Assembly: GCA_037146775.1 (NCBI GenBank)
Contig: JBAWWL010000008.1
Location: forward strand, 70,160-134,159
Direction of reading: 5' to 3'
Source of the DNA: Candidatus Omnitrophota bacterium
GTDB taxonomy: Bacteria > Omnitrophota > Gorgyraeia > Duberdicusellales > 4484-171
Length of the DNA stretch: 64,000 bases
Position numbers and translations under genes: made by a program. The notes under the pieces are model-generated. The model did no database searches. It was not told the origin of the DNA and was given only the letters and a program-made list of their open reading frames with translations. Within the stretch, counting starts at the first letter, position 1, and every line of letters starts with the position of its first letter. Shown here one piece after another: positions 20,938 to 29,211 of the stretch.

Positions 20938-21073
20938 CTTGTTTTCATCATTTGGGCGGTAAGGACGATAAGATAAAAGGATTTAGGTAAAGATATTTAG
21001 GGGGGATATACGAAACCTCCAATACAGATTCCGTATATTAATTGTTAGATTTAATAAATAAGATAAAAAAATA

Positions 21074-21436
21074 ATGGCGAAATGTTTTAACTGTGGCAAA
21101 GAAATTGGTTTATCTTGGATTTGGAAAAAGCGGATGGTCCACGCGCCTCTTACTCTCCGACGATATACTCATAAGATAGTAGGCTTACCATTTTTTTATT
21201 GCCCCGATTGCGGAACAGAAATTCAACCTTCCGCAATCACAATGTGTGTTTATAGCGTTATAGTAATGGGTGGAACGTTGGGAACCTCGTGGCTGATTGT
21301 TCTGTTTGGCGATAAAAAACAGGTTAACATTATTAGCATAACAGTGATTTTTATATTTTTTGCTGTACTTGGTAACTTATGGTGGAAATTTTTCGGCAAA
21401 TTAAAAGAACCATATCAATTTCCTTGGGAAAAGTAG
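21074..21436 (+). CDS. zinc-ribbon plus 2-TM protein, integron-cassette-like
   Basis: CFNCG and CPDCG motifs; flanked by GTTAGAT (21044) and ATCTAAC (21450). Confidence 0.65.
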   Translation: MAKCFNCGKEIGLSWIWKKRMVHAPLTLRRYTHKIVGLPFFYCPDCGTEIQPSAITMCVYSVIVMGGTLGTSWLIVLFGDKKQVNIISITVIFIFFAVLGNLWWKFFGKLKEPYQFPWEK

Positions 21437-21535
21437 TAATTAAATAAAAATCTAACAAGGCAATCCAGCGGACTAAAATAAGGGAGCAGTTTAAATGAAA
21501 CTTCAAACAAAGAAAATCATAGCGAGAAGGAGGGG

Positions 21536-21805
21536 ATGATGGAGAAGAAATGCTCGGTTGGGATAAGAATATTTAGCATAATAGGATTACTTTATGTGTC
21601 CTTTTTTCATTTAATACCTTTATTTTACTATGCTCGGATGAATAATTTTATTCATTTAATTTTCTTAGCTTTCTCCATAATTCTAATAATTAGCTTAATA
21701 TTTATGTTAAAAATGAAAAACTGGGCAAGAATAGTATTTGTTTCCCTTATGATTATCCAATGTTTATCTGTGTTTCCAACTATAATCGAGGATTTTAGAA
21801 AATAA
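21536..21805 (+). CDS. MEKK.SVG family membrane protein, probably 3'-truncated
   Basis: Paralog of 17989 (MKNWAR) but lacks the PKVKEQFK end; the 25-bp repeat follows the stop. Confidence 0.6.
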   Translation: MMEKKCSVGIRIFSIIGLLYVSFFHLIPLFYYARMNNFIHLIFLAFSIILIISLIFMLKMKNWARIVFVSLMIIQCLSVFPTIIEDFRK

Positions 21806-21929
21806 GATAGAGGGGTCAGACCTTCAGATGTCAGATAGATCGCAAAAATGAATTATTTATCAACCAAAGCCCACCTCCGGGGTGGGATTTGGTTGAGGTT
21901 TATAGATTAAACAAAATTAAAAATTATCC

Positions 21930-22100
21930 ATGCCCGACGATCCACTTGATGAATTTCTAGGATATGATTTTGCAGTGGGCGCGGATAACATAAAATGTTC
22001 CCATTGTGGTTACAACATATCGCGTAGCTTATTCTTCGAAGACGATGACGAAGAAATCAAATGTCCTAAGTGCGGCGGAAAAATAGAAAATGATGGATAA
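21930..22100 (+). CDS. 56-aa zinc-ribbon protein (not in the ORF track)
   Basis: MPDDPLDEF...CSHCG...CPKCGG, translated by hand. Confidence 0.6.
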   Translation: MPDDPLDEFLGYDFAVGADNIKCSHCGYNISRSLFFEDDDEEIKCPKCGGKIENDG

Positions 22101-22383
22101 AAGACACGTAATATCTTTTTTGCTGGTATTAATTTATTTTGTTTCCCTGTCTTATAGTAAAGAGCTGCCAAAAAAGAATATTCCCCAAGAGCTGCAATTG
22201 CTCGGTTTTACTCAAGAAAAGTTGGTTGATTACAGACGTGCTAAAGGAAATATCGAATACTTCACTTTCTTTGATTGGACTACAGAGAGGAAGGGAGATA
22301 CCATTACTTTCATAGTCGAGAGAGGTCAGATAACAGGAAAGTTTAAGGATAAAGATAGGAAAGATTCAGGTAGGGATATTTAA
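22090..22383 (+). CDS. small secreted protein, paralog of 16459-16731
   Basis: Near-identical mature part, different signal peptide. Confidence 0.75.
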   Translation: MMDKRHVISFLLVLIYFVSLSYSKELPKKNIPQELQLLGFTQEKLVDYRRAKGNIEYFTFFDWTTERKGDTITFIVERGQITGKFKDKDRKDSGRDI

Positions 22384-22394
22384 AAGGAGGATAT

Positions 22395-22625
22395 ATGAAA
22401 CTCGAAACAAAGAAAATCATAGCAAGCGAATGGTTGATTTTGTTATGTTTAATAATTACTTTTTATTCATCTTTGGCATTGTACAGGGAAATAACCTTAC
22501 GGTATGACCAAATTTTAACTCCTATTTATTTCTGGAGGCATTTTGGTTTAATGTACACAGCTTATTTTATCATTCGCTTTACAATCTGGGCGGTGAGGAC
22601 GCTAAGGCAGAAGGATGTAAAATGA
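22395..22625 (+). CDS. A-B family 2-TM protein
   Basis: MKLETKKIIASEW...RFTIWAVRTLRQKD. Confidence 0.7.
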   Translation: MKLETKKIIASEWLILLCLIITFYSSLALYREITLRYDQILTPIYFWRHFGLMYTAYFIIRFTIWAVRTLRQKDVK

Positions 22626-22918
22626 GATTGGGCAATAAAATTGGATTGTTGATTATAATTATAATTCCAGTATGGATATTTATAAGAGCCCAGTTAATTT
22701 ATACAGAAGGTCCAAAAATAGTTAAGAGGATAGAAGAATATAAGGTTAGATATAAAACATACCCAGAAACATTAGGGCAGATGAATATAAGGAGTATACT
22801 TTCTCCGATATATATGTATTCTAAAAACGATGACAAATTTAGCTTAATGTATTCTATATTTATATTTTCAAGATGGTATTATGATTCCAATGATAAAAAA
22901 TGGAAGACCATGGATTAA
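22622..22918 (+). CDS. single-TM protein with pilin/GspG-like Y...YP.TL segment
   Basis: IEEYKVRYKTYPETL after an N-terminal TM. Confidence 0.55.
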   Translation: MRLGNKIGLLIIIIIPVWIFIRAQLIYTEGPKIVKRIEEYKVRYKTYPETLGQMNIRSILSPIYMYSKNDDKFSLMYSIFIFSRWYYDSNDKKWKTMD

Positions 22919-23012
22919 ATGTTAACTAAAAAATTATTGGATATTTATAAAACTGCGAAAGAATATTTTACTCGTCCGTTTCATCGCCTGGGCGGTGAGG
23001 GCGAAAGATAAA

Positions 23013-23432
23013 ATGAAAAAACTAATCGGTTTATTGATATTAGTTGTATTGATTGATGGGTATACTGCAAGAATTGATGCTGCGAGCAATGGAAGTGAAG
23101 CATCTAATTATGAGTACAGCGATAATGATATTCCGGCTGTTTGTTTTTTCCCGGTAGAAAAGGCAAGATGGAGTGGCTACGGCGTTACCAACAATGATTG
23201 GGGAAAGCTGACTGATTATCAAAAAACTATGTTTATCTCAGAAGGGATAGAAGAAATTAAACGAATCGAAACGGGTAAAGTTACGGTAAATATTCAGGAA
23301 GAAGGGGCAGCTTTGCTTATTGCCACGAACGAAAGGGTTTTCCGTCTTCAGGAAGAATACCCCGGCCTTGATGTAGGAATGATAAAGTTTCTACGCGATA
23401 TGTTGCAAGATATGGGAAAAATAAAAGAATAA
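23013..23432 (+). CDS. hypothetical secreted protein
   Basis: MKKLIGLLILVVLI signal-like start just after a repeat-B remnant. Confidence 0.6.
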   Translation: MKKLIGLLILVVLIDGYTARIDAASNGSEASNYEYSDNDIPAVCFFPVEKARWSGYGVTNNDWGKLTDYQKTMFISEGIEEIKRIETGKVTVNIQEEGAALLIATNERVFRLQEEYPGLDVGMIKFLRDMLQDMGKIKE

Positions 23433-23625
23433 ATAAGTCATATAGTGGGGTCAGACCTTCAGATGTCAGATGAATAAAAAAATACATGATCCCAGCCTAC
23501 GAAGATACTGCGAAATTCTTTTCGATCATTTCACGATGTTTAGCGGGGTTAATGCCAGTGAGACTGTCTTTTTTTTAGACAAAGCGAAAAACATATAGTC
23601 AGATTACCATTAAGGAGGCAAAAGA

Positions 23626-24285
23626 ATGAAGTACTTTGAAGTTCCTCGGCCGGCAGGAAACGGACTCTGTTCGGACAAGAACTGTCCTTGTTCGGAAACG
23701 GTAATCTTGCGAGGCAGCGGTTATTTGTATATTAGCCAGGAGCTCGTGGATTTTCGCCAGGATTGTCTTAGTTATGAGCAACTTCAGGCTAAGTTAGAGG
23801 CGATGGCTAAATCCGACCCGTTAAACAATCATGGCTCTTCCGGATTCGTGCGTTTCTTACCCCCCGGCACTACCAGTCCGATTATGATGTGTAAGCAAGG
23901 CGCTACGCTTAGGGGGTTAGACCTCGGGGTGGCTGCCGCTGATGCAAAATATTGGTGGAAAACCGGTCTGGTGCCGCTTCGAGTGACTCCGATTGCTACT
24001 GGCGGTATGGCGAATCCTGAAAATATACAGTCTACTATTAGCCAACTAAACGAATCAGCTTCTCGCGAAAGATTTCAGGGTAAAAAGGTTTGCGTAGTAT
24101 GCAATAGCGATATTTCTACAGGAGTTATTCAATGTGCTAACTGCGGCAGTTCACGCTTTAATTACATCTCGGATAAAATAGAAACTATACCAACAGATTC
24201 CGAACGACAATCGAAACTGCCAGAGGAAAAACAAAAAAAGTGGTGGCAGTTCTGGAAAACATCCAAAATCTTATCCGCAAAATAA
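23626..24285 (+). CDS. hypothetical protein with zinc ribbon and KKWWQFWK tail
   Basis: CVVC...CANCG and C-terminal KKWWQFWK; AAGGAGG RBS. Confidence 0.65.
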   Translation: MKYFEVPRPAGNGLCSDKNCPCSETVILRGSGYLYISQELVDFRQDCLSYEQLQAKLEAMAKSDPLNNHGSSGFVRFLPPGTTSPIMMCKQGATLRGLDLGVAAADAKYWWKTGLVPLRVTPIATGGMANPENIQSTISQLNESASRERFQGKKVCVVCNSDISTGVIQCANCGSSRFNYISDKIETIPTDSERQSKLPEEKQKKWWQFWKTSKILSAK

Positions 24286-24445
24286 TAACGGGGTTAGATC
24301 GTAAAATGCGAAGTGTATCGCGGCGAGCATATAGCAAAATTAAAAAATATGAGTTATGTGCATGTAATTTTCAAAACAAAAAAACTAATTTCTTTAGATC
24401 TTAAGGTTTCTCTATTGCTCCACCGCCATATAATTTATAAATTGA

Positions 24446-26065
24446 ATGGTTAGAAAAGAACATAAAATCTTATTATTGTCTTTATTTTTTACTACAGGCA
24501 TTTTGTTATATTCCTTCGGTGTCCAGATAGGGAATCTTTGCGGCAATGGTGTCTGTCAGGTAGGTGAGAATTCCGGAAATTGTCAGGCAGATTGCAGGCC
24601 CAGAAAAATAACACAGGATCCTTTCGGCATTTTTGTGCCTTATCTTACAAAAAACTCGATAAGTATGATCAACGAACTTGCTGTTGACGCAAGAACCATC
24701 GTTATGTGGGATTGGATTACACCGAGGAAAATTACGGCTTTTGATGATTTTATTTCTCAAGTTAAAACGAATGTGGTGCTTACCTTAGGTGGGGCTAAGA
24801 AATTTTCTTCCGGCGGGGGTTTTCCGCTTCCGCGAGGAAAAGATCTCGAAGAATGGAAAACGATGGTTGCAAGATTAGTCGAAAGATACGATGGGGATAA
24901 CGATTGGGGATGTGCTTTAAATCAGCCGGACTGCTATAATCCCGGAGACGGACTTTACCCAAATAATGATTTTCAAGAAGCAATCAAGAAAAGGCCAATT
25001 AAATATTGGCAGATAGAAAATGAATGGCTTTGGGAGATCAAAGATCCCGACAACCCGCAACGTCGGGCTTCCAATGAGAGCATGTTGGACTATTTTCTAC
25101 AAATCAGAAAAGTTATCAAGGATAGAGACTCCCGGGCTAAGATAGTTTTGGGTGCTTCTACTACTTCCCATTTTTCCGCAGGTGCGGATGGCTATAGTCC
25201 CGACAATTGCATTGAGTGGGGGGATTTAGATTGTAAATATGAAAAACTTTCTTTGGATGCGCTGCGGCCAAAAGCACGCTTGAAATTAAAGGAGATGCGG
25301 GAAAGGGATATTTTCTTTATGAAAAAAGCTGCGCCGTATTATGATGTTTTTGATTTCCATATCTATGGAAATAATCTTTTGGATATTGCTTATGTGGTTG
25401 GCTGGTTTAACAAAATAATGCATGAAAATAATATTGCAGGTAAGGCAATCTGGAGTACAGAAATAGCTAAGCCATATTTTTTCTTTCCTTTAATGGGCCT
25501 GCCTAGACCGGATTGTGCCACGGATGACAAATTATTTTATCCCAACGGGCCGCGGCCGATTAAAACAGCATATGATAGTAGTATACATTCGAGTTACCTG
25601 GTTAAGCTTTTTGTCATTGGGATAGACAGCGGTGTAGAGAAAATGTTTTATGCCGGCTTGCACCCGATTTTTAACCTCAATGATAATTTTTGTAAACTAT
25701 CCCTCACTAATGAAAGAGATGAGAAAAAACCGGCATATTACACTTATAAATTAATGCGGGAAAAGCTAGCTGGATGCACAGACGTAGAAAAATTAGCCGA
25801 CCATACCTATAAGTTTTCTTTTGGGAATAAGAAACCAGTCTTTGTTGTATGGGGCGACTCCGGAAATAAAACTATCGACTTATCGCGTTATATTGGCGCA
25901 AAAAAAATAAAAGTTACACGTATTATTACCGAGAACGGTAAGACTGACCAAGATGCGTTGGTAGAGACTTTACCTGTGAGCCAGATAGAAATTTCGGTGA
26001 CGCCTGTTTTTATCGAAGAGGCAGATAAGGAAAATGACGGGGTCAGACCTTCAGATGTCAGATAA
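24446..26065 (+). CDS. putative secreted clan-A glycoside hydrolase (GH39/GH5-like) with Cys-rich repeat
   Basis: WQIENE acid/base motif, FHIY, IWSTE nucleophile motif, KPAYYTY; N-terminal CGNGVC...E...C..DC. Confidence 0.65.
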   Translation: MVRKEHKILLLSLFFTTGILLYSFGVQIGNLCGNGVCQVGENSGNCQADCRPRKITQDPFGIFVPYLTKNSISMINELAVDARTIVMWDWITPRKITAFDDFISQVKTNVVLTLGGAKKFSSGGGFPLPRGKDLEEWKTMVARLVERYDGDNDWGCALNQPDCYNPGDGLYPNNDFQEAIKKRPIKYWQIENEWLWEIKDPDNPQRRASNESMLDYFLQIRKVIKDRDSRAKIVLGASTTSHFSAGADGYSPDNCIEWGDLDCKYEKLSLDALRPKARLKLKEMRERDIFFMKKAAPYYDVFDFHIYGNNLLDIAYVVGWFNKIMHENNIAGKAIWSTEIAKPYFFFPLMGLPRPDCATDDKLFYPNGPRPIKTAYDSSIHSSYLVKLFVIGIDSGVEKMFYAGLHPIFNLNDNFCKLSLTNERDEKKPAYYTYKLMREKLAGCTDVEKLADHTYKFSFGNKKPVFVVWGDSGNKTIDLSRYIGAKKIKVTRIITENGKTDQDALVETLPVSQIEISVTPVFIEEADKENDGVRPSDVR

Positions 26066-26195
26066 ATAGGAAAAAGTGTTTTATATTCAAGATCCGGTTA
26101 GACGAAATTGACAATTTTTTCAAGGAGTTAATGATCCAATCATTTTTTGCGAACAGCACATATAAATCCATTTCCCGAAATTAGATAATTCCGAT

Positions 26196-26234
26196 AACCC
26201 TACGATTTTGCGAGTCGTAGGGTTCTCTCTTTTT
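26196..26234 (+). terminator. intrinsic terminator-like hairpin
   Basis: AACCCTACGATT-TTGCG-AGTCGTAGGGTT followed by CTCTCTTTTT. Confidence 0.6.
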
Positions 26235-26303
26235 ATGGGGATTTGTACCAATCCATGCATTTTTGGTATATAATAGAAAGATAAAAGACATTCAAGCAAA
26301 AAC

Positions 26304-27497
26304 ATGGACATATTTAAAGACAGATTATTATTGATTACTTGCGGTCGAGGCGTAGTTCCTTATCTGCGCCAGGAAGTAGAGCAACTCGGATATAAGGTGT
26401 TGTCTACTCATGATACCGGTTTAGAAGTGGATGCCTCGTTTGAGGATGCAGCCAAACTGAATCTTTGTTTACGTACCGCCCTGCGCGTGCAATATTTACT
26501 CAAAAAGTTTCTCTGTCGTAACCCGGATCAACTTTATCGGGAGGTGGTCTCAATACCATGGGAAGAGGTAATGGCTGTTTCCGAATACTTGAGTGTGGTA
26601 TCGGTCACTAAAACCGTGAATGTTAACAATTCTATGTTTGCAAGCCAAAAAGTTAAAGATGCGATTGTCGATCGGATGGTTGAGAAGTGTGGAGATCGGC
26701 CATGTTCCGGCCCGAAACGCGATAATGTGGTTGTTCATCTTTACTGGAAGGACGATTACTGTTGGCTGTATCTGGATACTTCCGGTAACAAACTTTCCGA
26801 CCGTACCTACCGAAAAATTCCGCATACAGCACCGTTACAGGAAACGCTTGCTGCGGCATTATTGCTTGCCGCCGGCTACAAAGGTTCGGTTCCTTTAGTT
26901 AACCCCATGTGCGGAAGCGGTACCCTTGCTATTGAAGCAGCACTTATTGCTTTGCGTTACGCACCAGGGCTGCTGCGGAATAATTTTGGCTTAATGCATG
27001 TGAAGAATTTTAACGCTACTAAATGGGTTGCTTTGCGCAAAGAATTACAGGCAGATATGCTCACGCGTATGCCGGTTCGTATTATTGCTTCGGACATTGA
27101 TAAACACGCAATTGAAATAGCGAAGGCAAATGCTCGGGCGGCCGGAGTCGATAAAATGATCGAGTTCTATGTGTGCGATTTTACCGACACACCGTTACCC
27201 CCGGAAAAAGGCATTGTTATTCTTAATCCGGAATATGGCCTTAGGATGGGGCAAGATAAAGAGTTGGGGCAAATCTACGAAAGTATAGGAGACTTTTTTA
27301 AGCAGAAATGCGCAGGGTTTACCGGCTATATTATTACCGGCAATCTCCTCGGCGCAAAACAGGTTGGATTGAGGACTAGCCGTAAACTTATATTTTTTAA
27401 CGCTCAGATAGAGTGCCGGCTTCTGGAATATCCGTTATATGCAAGTGATAAAAAAACTGTGCAGGAAAATAGTACGTTGGACAATGATAAGGTGTGA
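26304..27497 (+). CDS. THUMP-domain RNA methyltransferase (RlmL/YpsC-like)
   Basis: LDTSG..L..R.YR, APLQETLAA, PMCGSGT..IEAA, NPEYG. Confidence 0.9.
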   Translation: MDIFKDRLLLITCGRGVVPYLRQEVEQLGYKVLSTHDTGLEVDASFEDAAKLNLCLRTALRVQYLLKKFLCRNPDQLYREVVSIPWEEVMAVSEYLSVVSVTKTVNVNNSMFASQKVKDAIVDRMVEKCGDRPCSGPKRDNVVVHLYWKDDYCWLYLDTSGNKLSDRTYRKIPHTAPLQETLAAALLLAAGYKGSVPLVNPMCGSGTLAIEAALIALRYAPGLLRNNFGLMHVKNFNATKWVALRKELQADMLTRMPVRIIASDIDKHAIEIAKANARAAGVDKMIEFYVCDFTDTPLPPEKGIVILNPEYGLRMGQDKELGQIYESIGDFFKQKCAGFTGYIITGNLLGAKQVGLRTSRKLIFFNAQIECRLLEYPLYASDKKTVQENSTLDNDKV

Positions 27498-27591
27498 TAG
27501 GGGATAAGCCGCAAATTTTTTTCAGTGTTTTTTATTTACAGAAAATGTTGTAAGCGAGGTATGACAGGGAGATACGGGGGGTGGATAACGG

Positions 27592-28710
27592 ATGATTTTC
27601 GATACATTCCTGTTTTTTAATGAAATTGATTTACTGAAGATTCGATTAGAGGAATTAAAAAATAAGGTAGACAAGTTTGTCGTAGTCGAAGCAACTCGGA
27701 CTTTTGCTTTCAGGGAAAAACCGCTCTATTTTCAGGAATATAAGCATGAGTTTAAGGAGTATCTTGACAGGATAGTTTATTACTTAATCGATGATACGCC
27801 GCCGATAAAACTTTACAATCGATGGAGTATCGATAGGTATCAGCGAGATTGCATTTCGAAAGCGCTGGTACGGTGTGGTTGCCACGATAACGATGTTATA
27901 TTGATATCCGACGCTGATGAGATTCCGCGTGCCAGTAAAATAAGTGAAGCAGAAAAGCTATTGCAGGATCATGATTTTGTTGTTTTTGACCAAAAGTTTT
28001 ATGTGTATTATCTAAACTATATTCATAGGGATTATTTTTGTGGTACGGTTGCGTGTAAATACGGCACTTTAAAAAAACTTCCAAGTATTGATGCGGTGAG
28101 ATGGGGAAGGGGCGCTGCAAGGGGGCTAAGTATTGAACAGAGAGCCGGGGTTGTAAAAAAGTACGCCGACACCCGCTACCCGCATATTTCTGATGGCGGT
28201 TGGCATTTTACATCATTTGGAGGCCCGGATTCAACCTTATACAAGGTTCAGAATTTCGCCCATAAAGAATTAGATAAAAGTGCGCTCAAAGGATTACCTT
28301 ATATTAGACATACTATCGGCAGATCTAATCTACAGAATAGCCGTGTATTAGCGCAGAAGTATAGAAAACTTCAAGCGCAAACTTACCCGCATTACCGTGA
28401 TTTTGTCGAAATCCCATTATCTTCGGACAAAGATTTTCCCGTGGACGACGACCTTCCTGATTATTTGAAAAGCAACAAAGAAAAATATAAACATTTTTTT
28501 AAATTTATTGAACCATATTGCGATTCCGAGGCAGACATCAAATATTTTGGGACATTGCAGACCATAAAAATGTGGCTTCTGGAGGCTCCCATGAGTCTAG
28601 TATATTTCTTTGCGAAGATATTGAGAAATGCATTTCCTAAGGCGTATGCTGCGTTACGAAACTCAAGAGATGTGCACGCAAGACGCGGCAAGAAATCACC
28701 CCCTTGTTGA
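27592..28710 (+). CDS. glycosyltransferase family 17-like
   Basis: DTFLFFNEIDLL..RL, EAT.TF...KPL, SDADEIP, GGWHF, K..NFAH.E. Confidence 0.8.
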   Translation: MIFDTFLFFNEIDLLKIRLEELKNKVDKFVVVEATRTFAFREKPLYFQEYKHEFKEYLDRIVYYLIDDTPPIKLYNRWSIDRYQRDCISKALVRCGCHDNDVILISDADEIPRASKISEAEKLLQDHDFVVFDQKFYVYYLNYIHRDYFCGTVACKYGTLKKLPSIDAVRWGRGAARGLSIEQRAGVVKKYADTRYPHISDGGWHFTSFGGPDSTLYKVQNFAHKELDKSALKGLPYIRHTIGRSNLQNSRVLAQKYRKLQAQTYPHYRDFVEIPLSSDKDFPVDDDLPDYLKSNKEKYKHFFKFIEPYCDSEADIKYFGTLQTIKMWLLEAPMSLVYFFAKILRNAFPKAYAALRNSRDVHARRGKKSPPC

Positions 28711-28854
28711 ACCAACAGTAGATTTTTGTACCTTTTATATTTCAAACTTGCCGGAAAACCGCTGCGTATGGAAATATATGTGGTTTGGCGTTTAGGCATA
28801 AAATTTTACTATTATGGAGAGAGGGTGGTATAATAGTAAAACCACAATAAAAAC

Positions 28855-29019
28855 ATGGCAAAGAAAATTAAATCATATAAAAAAGGTAGAATTTGTAAAT
28901 TTGCTGGTTGCAAAAACATTTTAAGTATGTACAATGCAGAAATTTTTTGTCATATTCATCGGCGTGCAGCAACTCCGACAAGTTCTTCTAAGATATCCAG
29001 TCGTCCGCATTATGCATGA
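28855..29019 (+). CDS. 54-aa basic protein with C-x4-C-x12-C-x2-H motif (not in the ORF track)
   Basis: MAKKIKSYKKGRICKFAGCKNILSMYNAEIFCHIH, translated by hand; TATAAT upstream. Confidence 0.55.
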   Translation: MAKKIKSYKKGRICKFAGCKNILSMYNAEIFCHIHRRAATPTSSSKISSRPHYA

Positions 29020-29211
29020 ATGCAGCCTATCCTGTAATCAGCTTATTACAATATGTTAGTTTTTCCACCTCGACGCGTTTTTAATGCGGCAGTATTATTT
29101 TTTTCAATTAGGCATATAGCAGCGCAAAAGCGAGCTTAAAGACTTGGTTGTGTCCTGGATAAATTTCCAATAAAGAAGGCATATTTAAACGAAGGTAGCC
29201 TGCAAGGAGGC

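Larger units (their letters stand above)
17322..21497 (+). repeat. repeat family C (CCCAAAGTAAA(A/G)GA(A/G)CAGTTTAA; reads PKVKEQFK*)
   Basis: Copies at ~17322-17340, 17921-17948, 18391-18417, 20029-20055 and 21475-21497; often fused to repeat A through TTTAAATGA. Confidence 0.85.
13206..22430 (+). repeat. repeat family A (~30 bp, ATGAAA(C/T)(C/T)TCAAACAAAGAAAATCATAGCG; reads MKxQTKKIIA)
   Basis: Copies begin at 13206, 17350, 17945, 18757, 19413, 20053, 20520, 21495 and 22395; degenerate copy at ~21010. Confidence 0.9.
13741..23012 (+). repeat. repeat family B (~60 bp, ATCATCTGGGCGGTAAGGACGTTGAAGCAAAAGGATTTAGGTAAAGATATTTAAAAGGAG; reads IIWAVRTLKQKDLGKDI* plus RBS)
   Basis: TGGGCGGT core at 13750, 17551, 18432, 19664, 20953, 22587 and 22989; tail only at ~16706-16744 and ~22360-22394. 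Confidence 0.9.
21812..26063 (+). repeat. three identical 25-bp direct repeats GGGGTCAGACCTTCAGATGTCAGAT
   Basis: Exact copies at 21812-21836, 23447-23471 and 26039-26063. Confidence 0.9.
13051..26181. mobile_element. tRNA-Met-anchored genomic island with cassette-like small-gene array; no integrase inside
   Basis: AT-rich, mostly hypothetical genes, tRNA 3' duplication at 13950-14044, degenerate tRNA 3' end at 26164-26181, internal repeats. Confidence 0.6.

Noticed and set aside
13206-23432. CRISPR array or classical integron as the explanation of the repeats
   Set aside because: Spacing is gene-sized and irregular, the repeats are non-palindromic and protein-coding, there are no cas or intI genes, and only one partial attC-like relic is visible.
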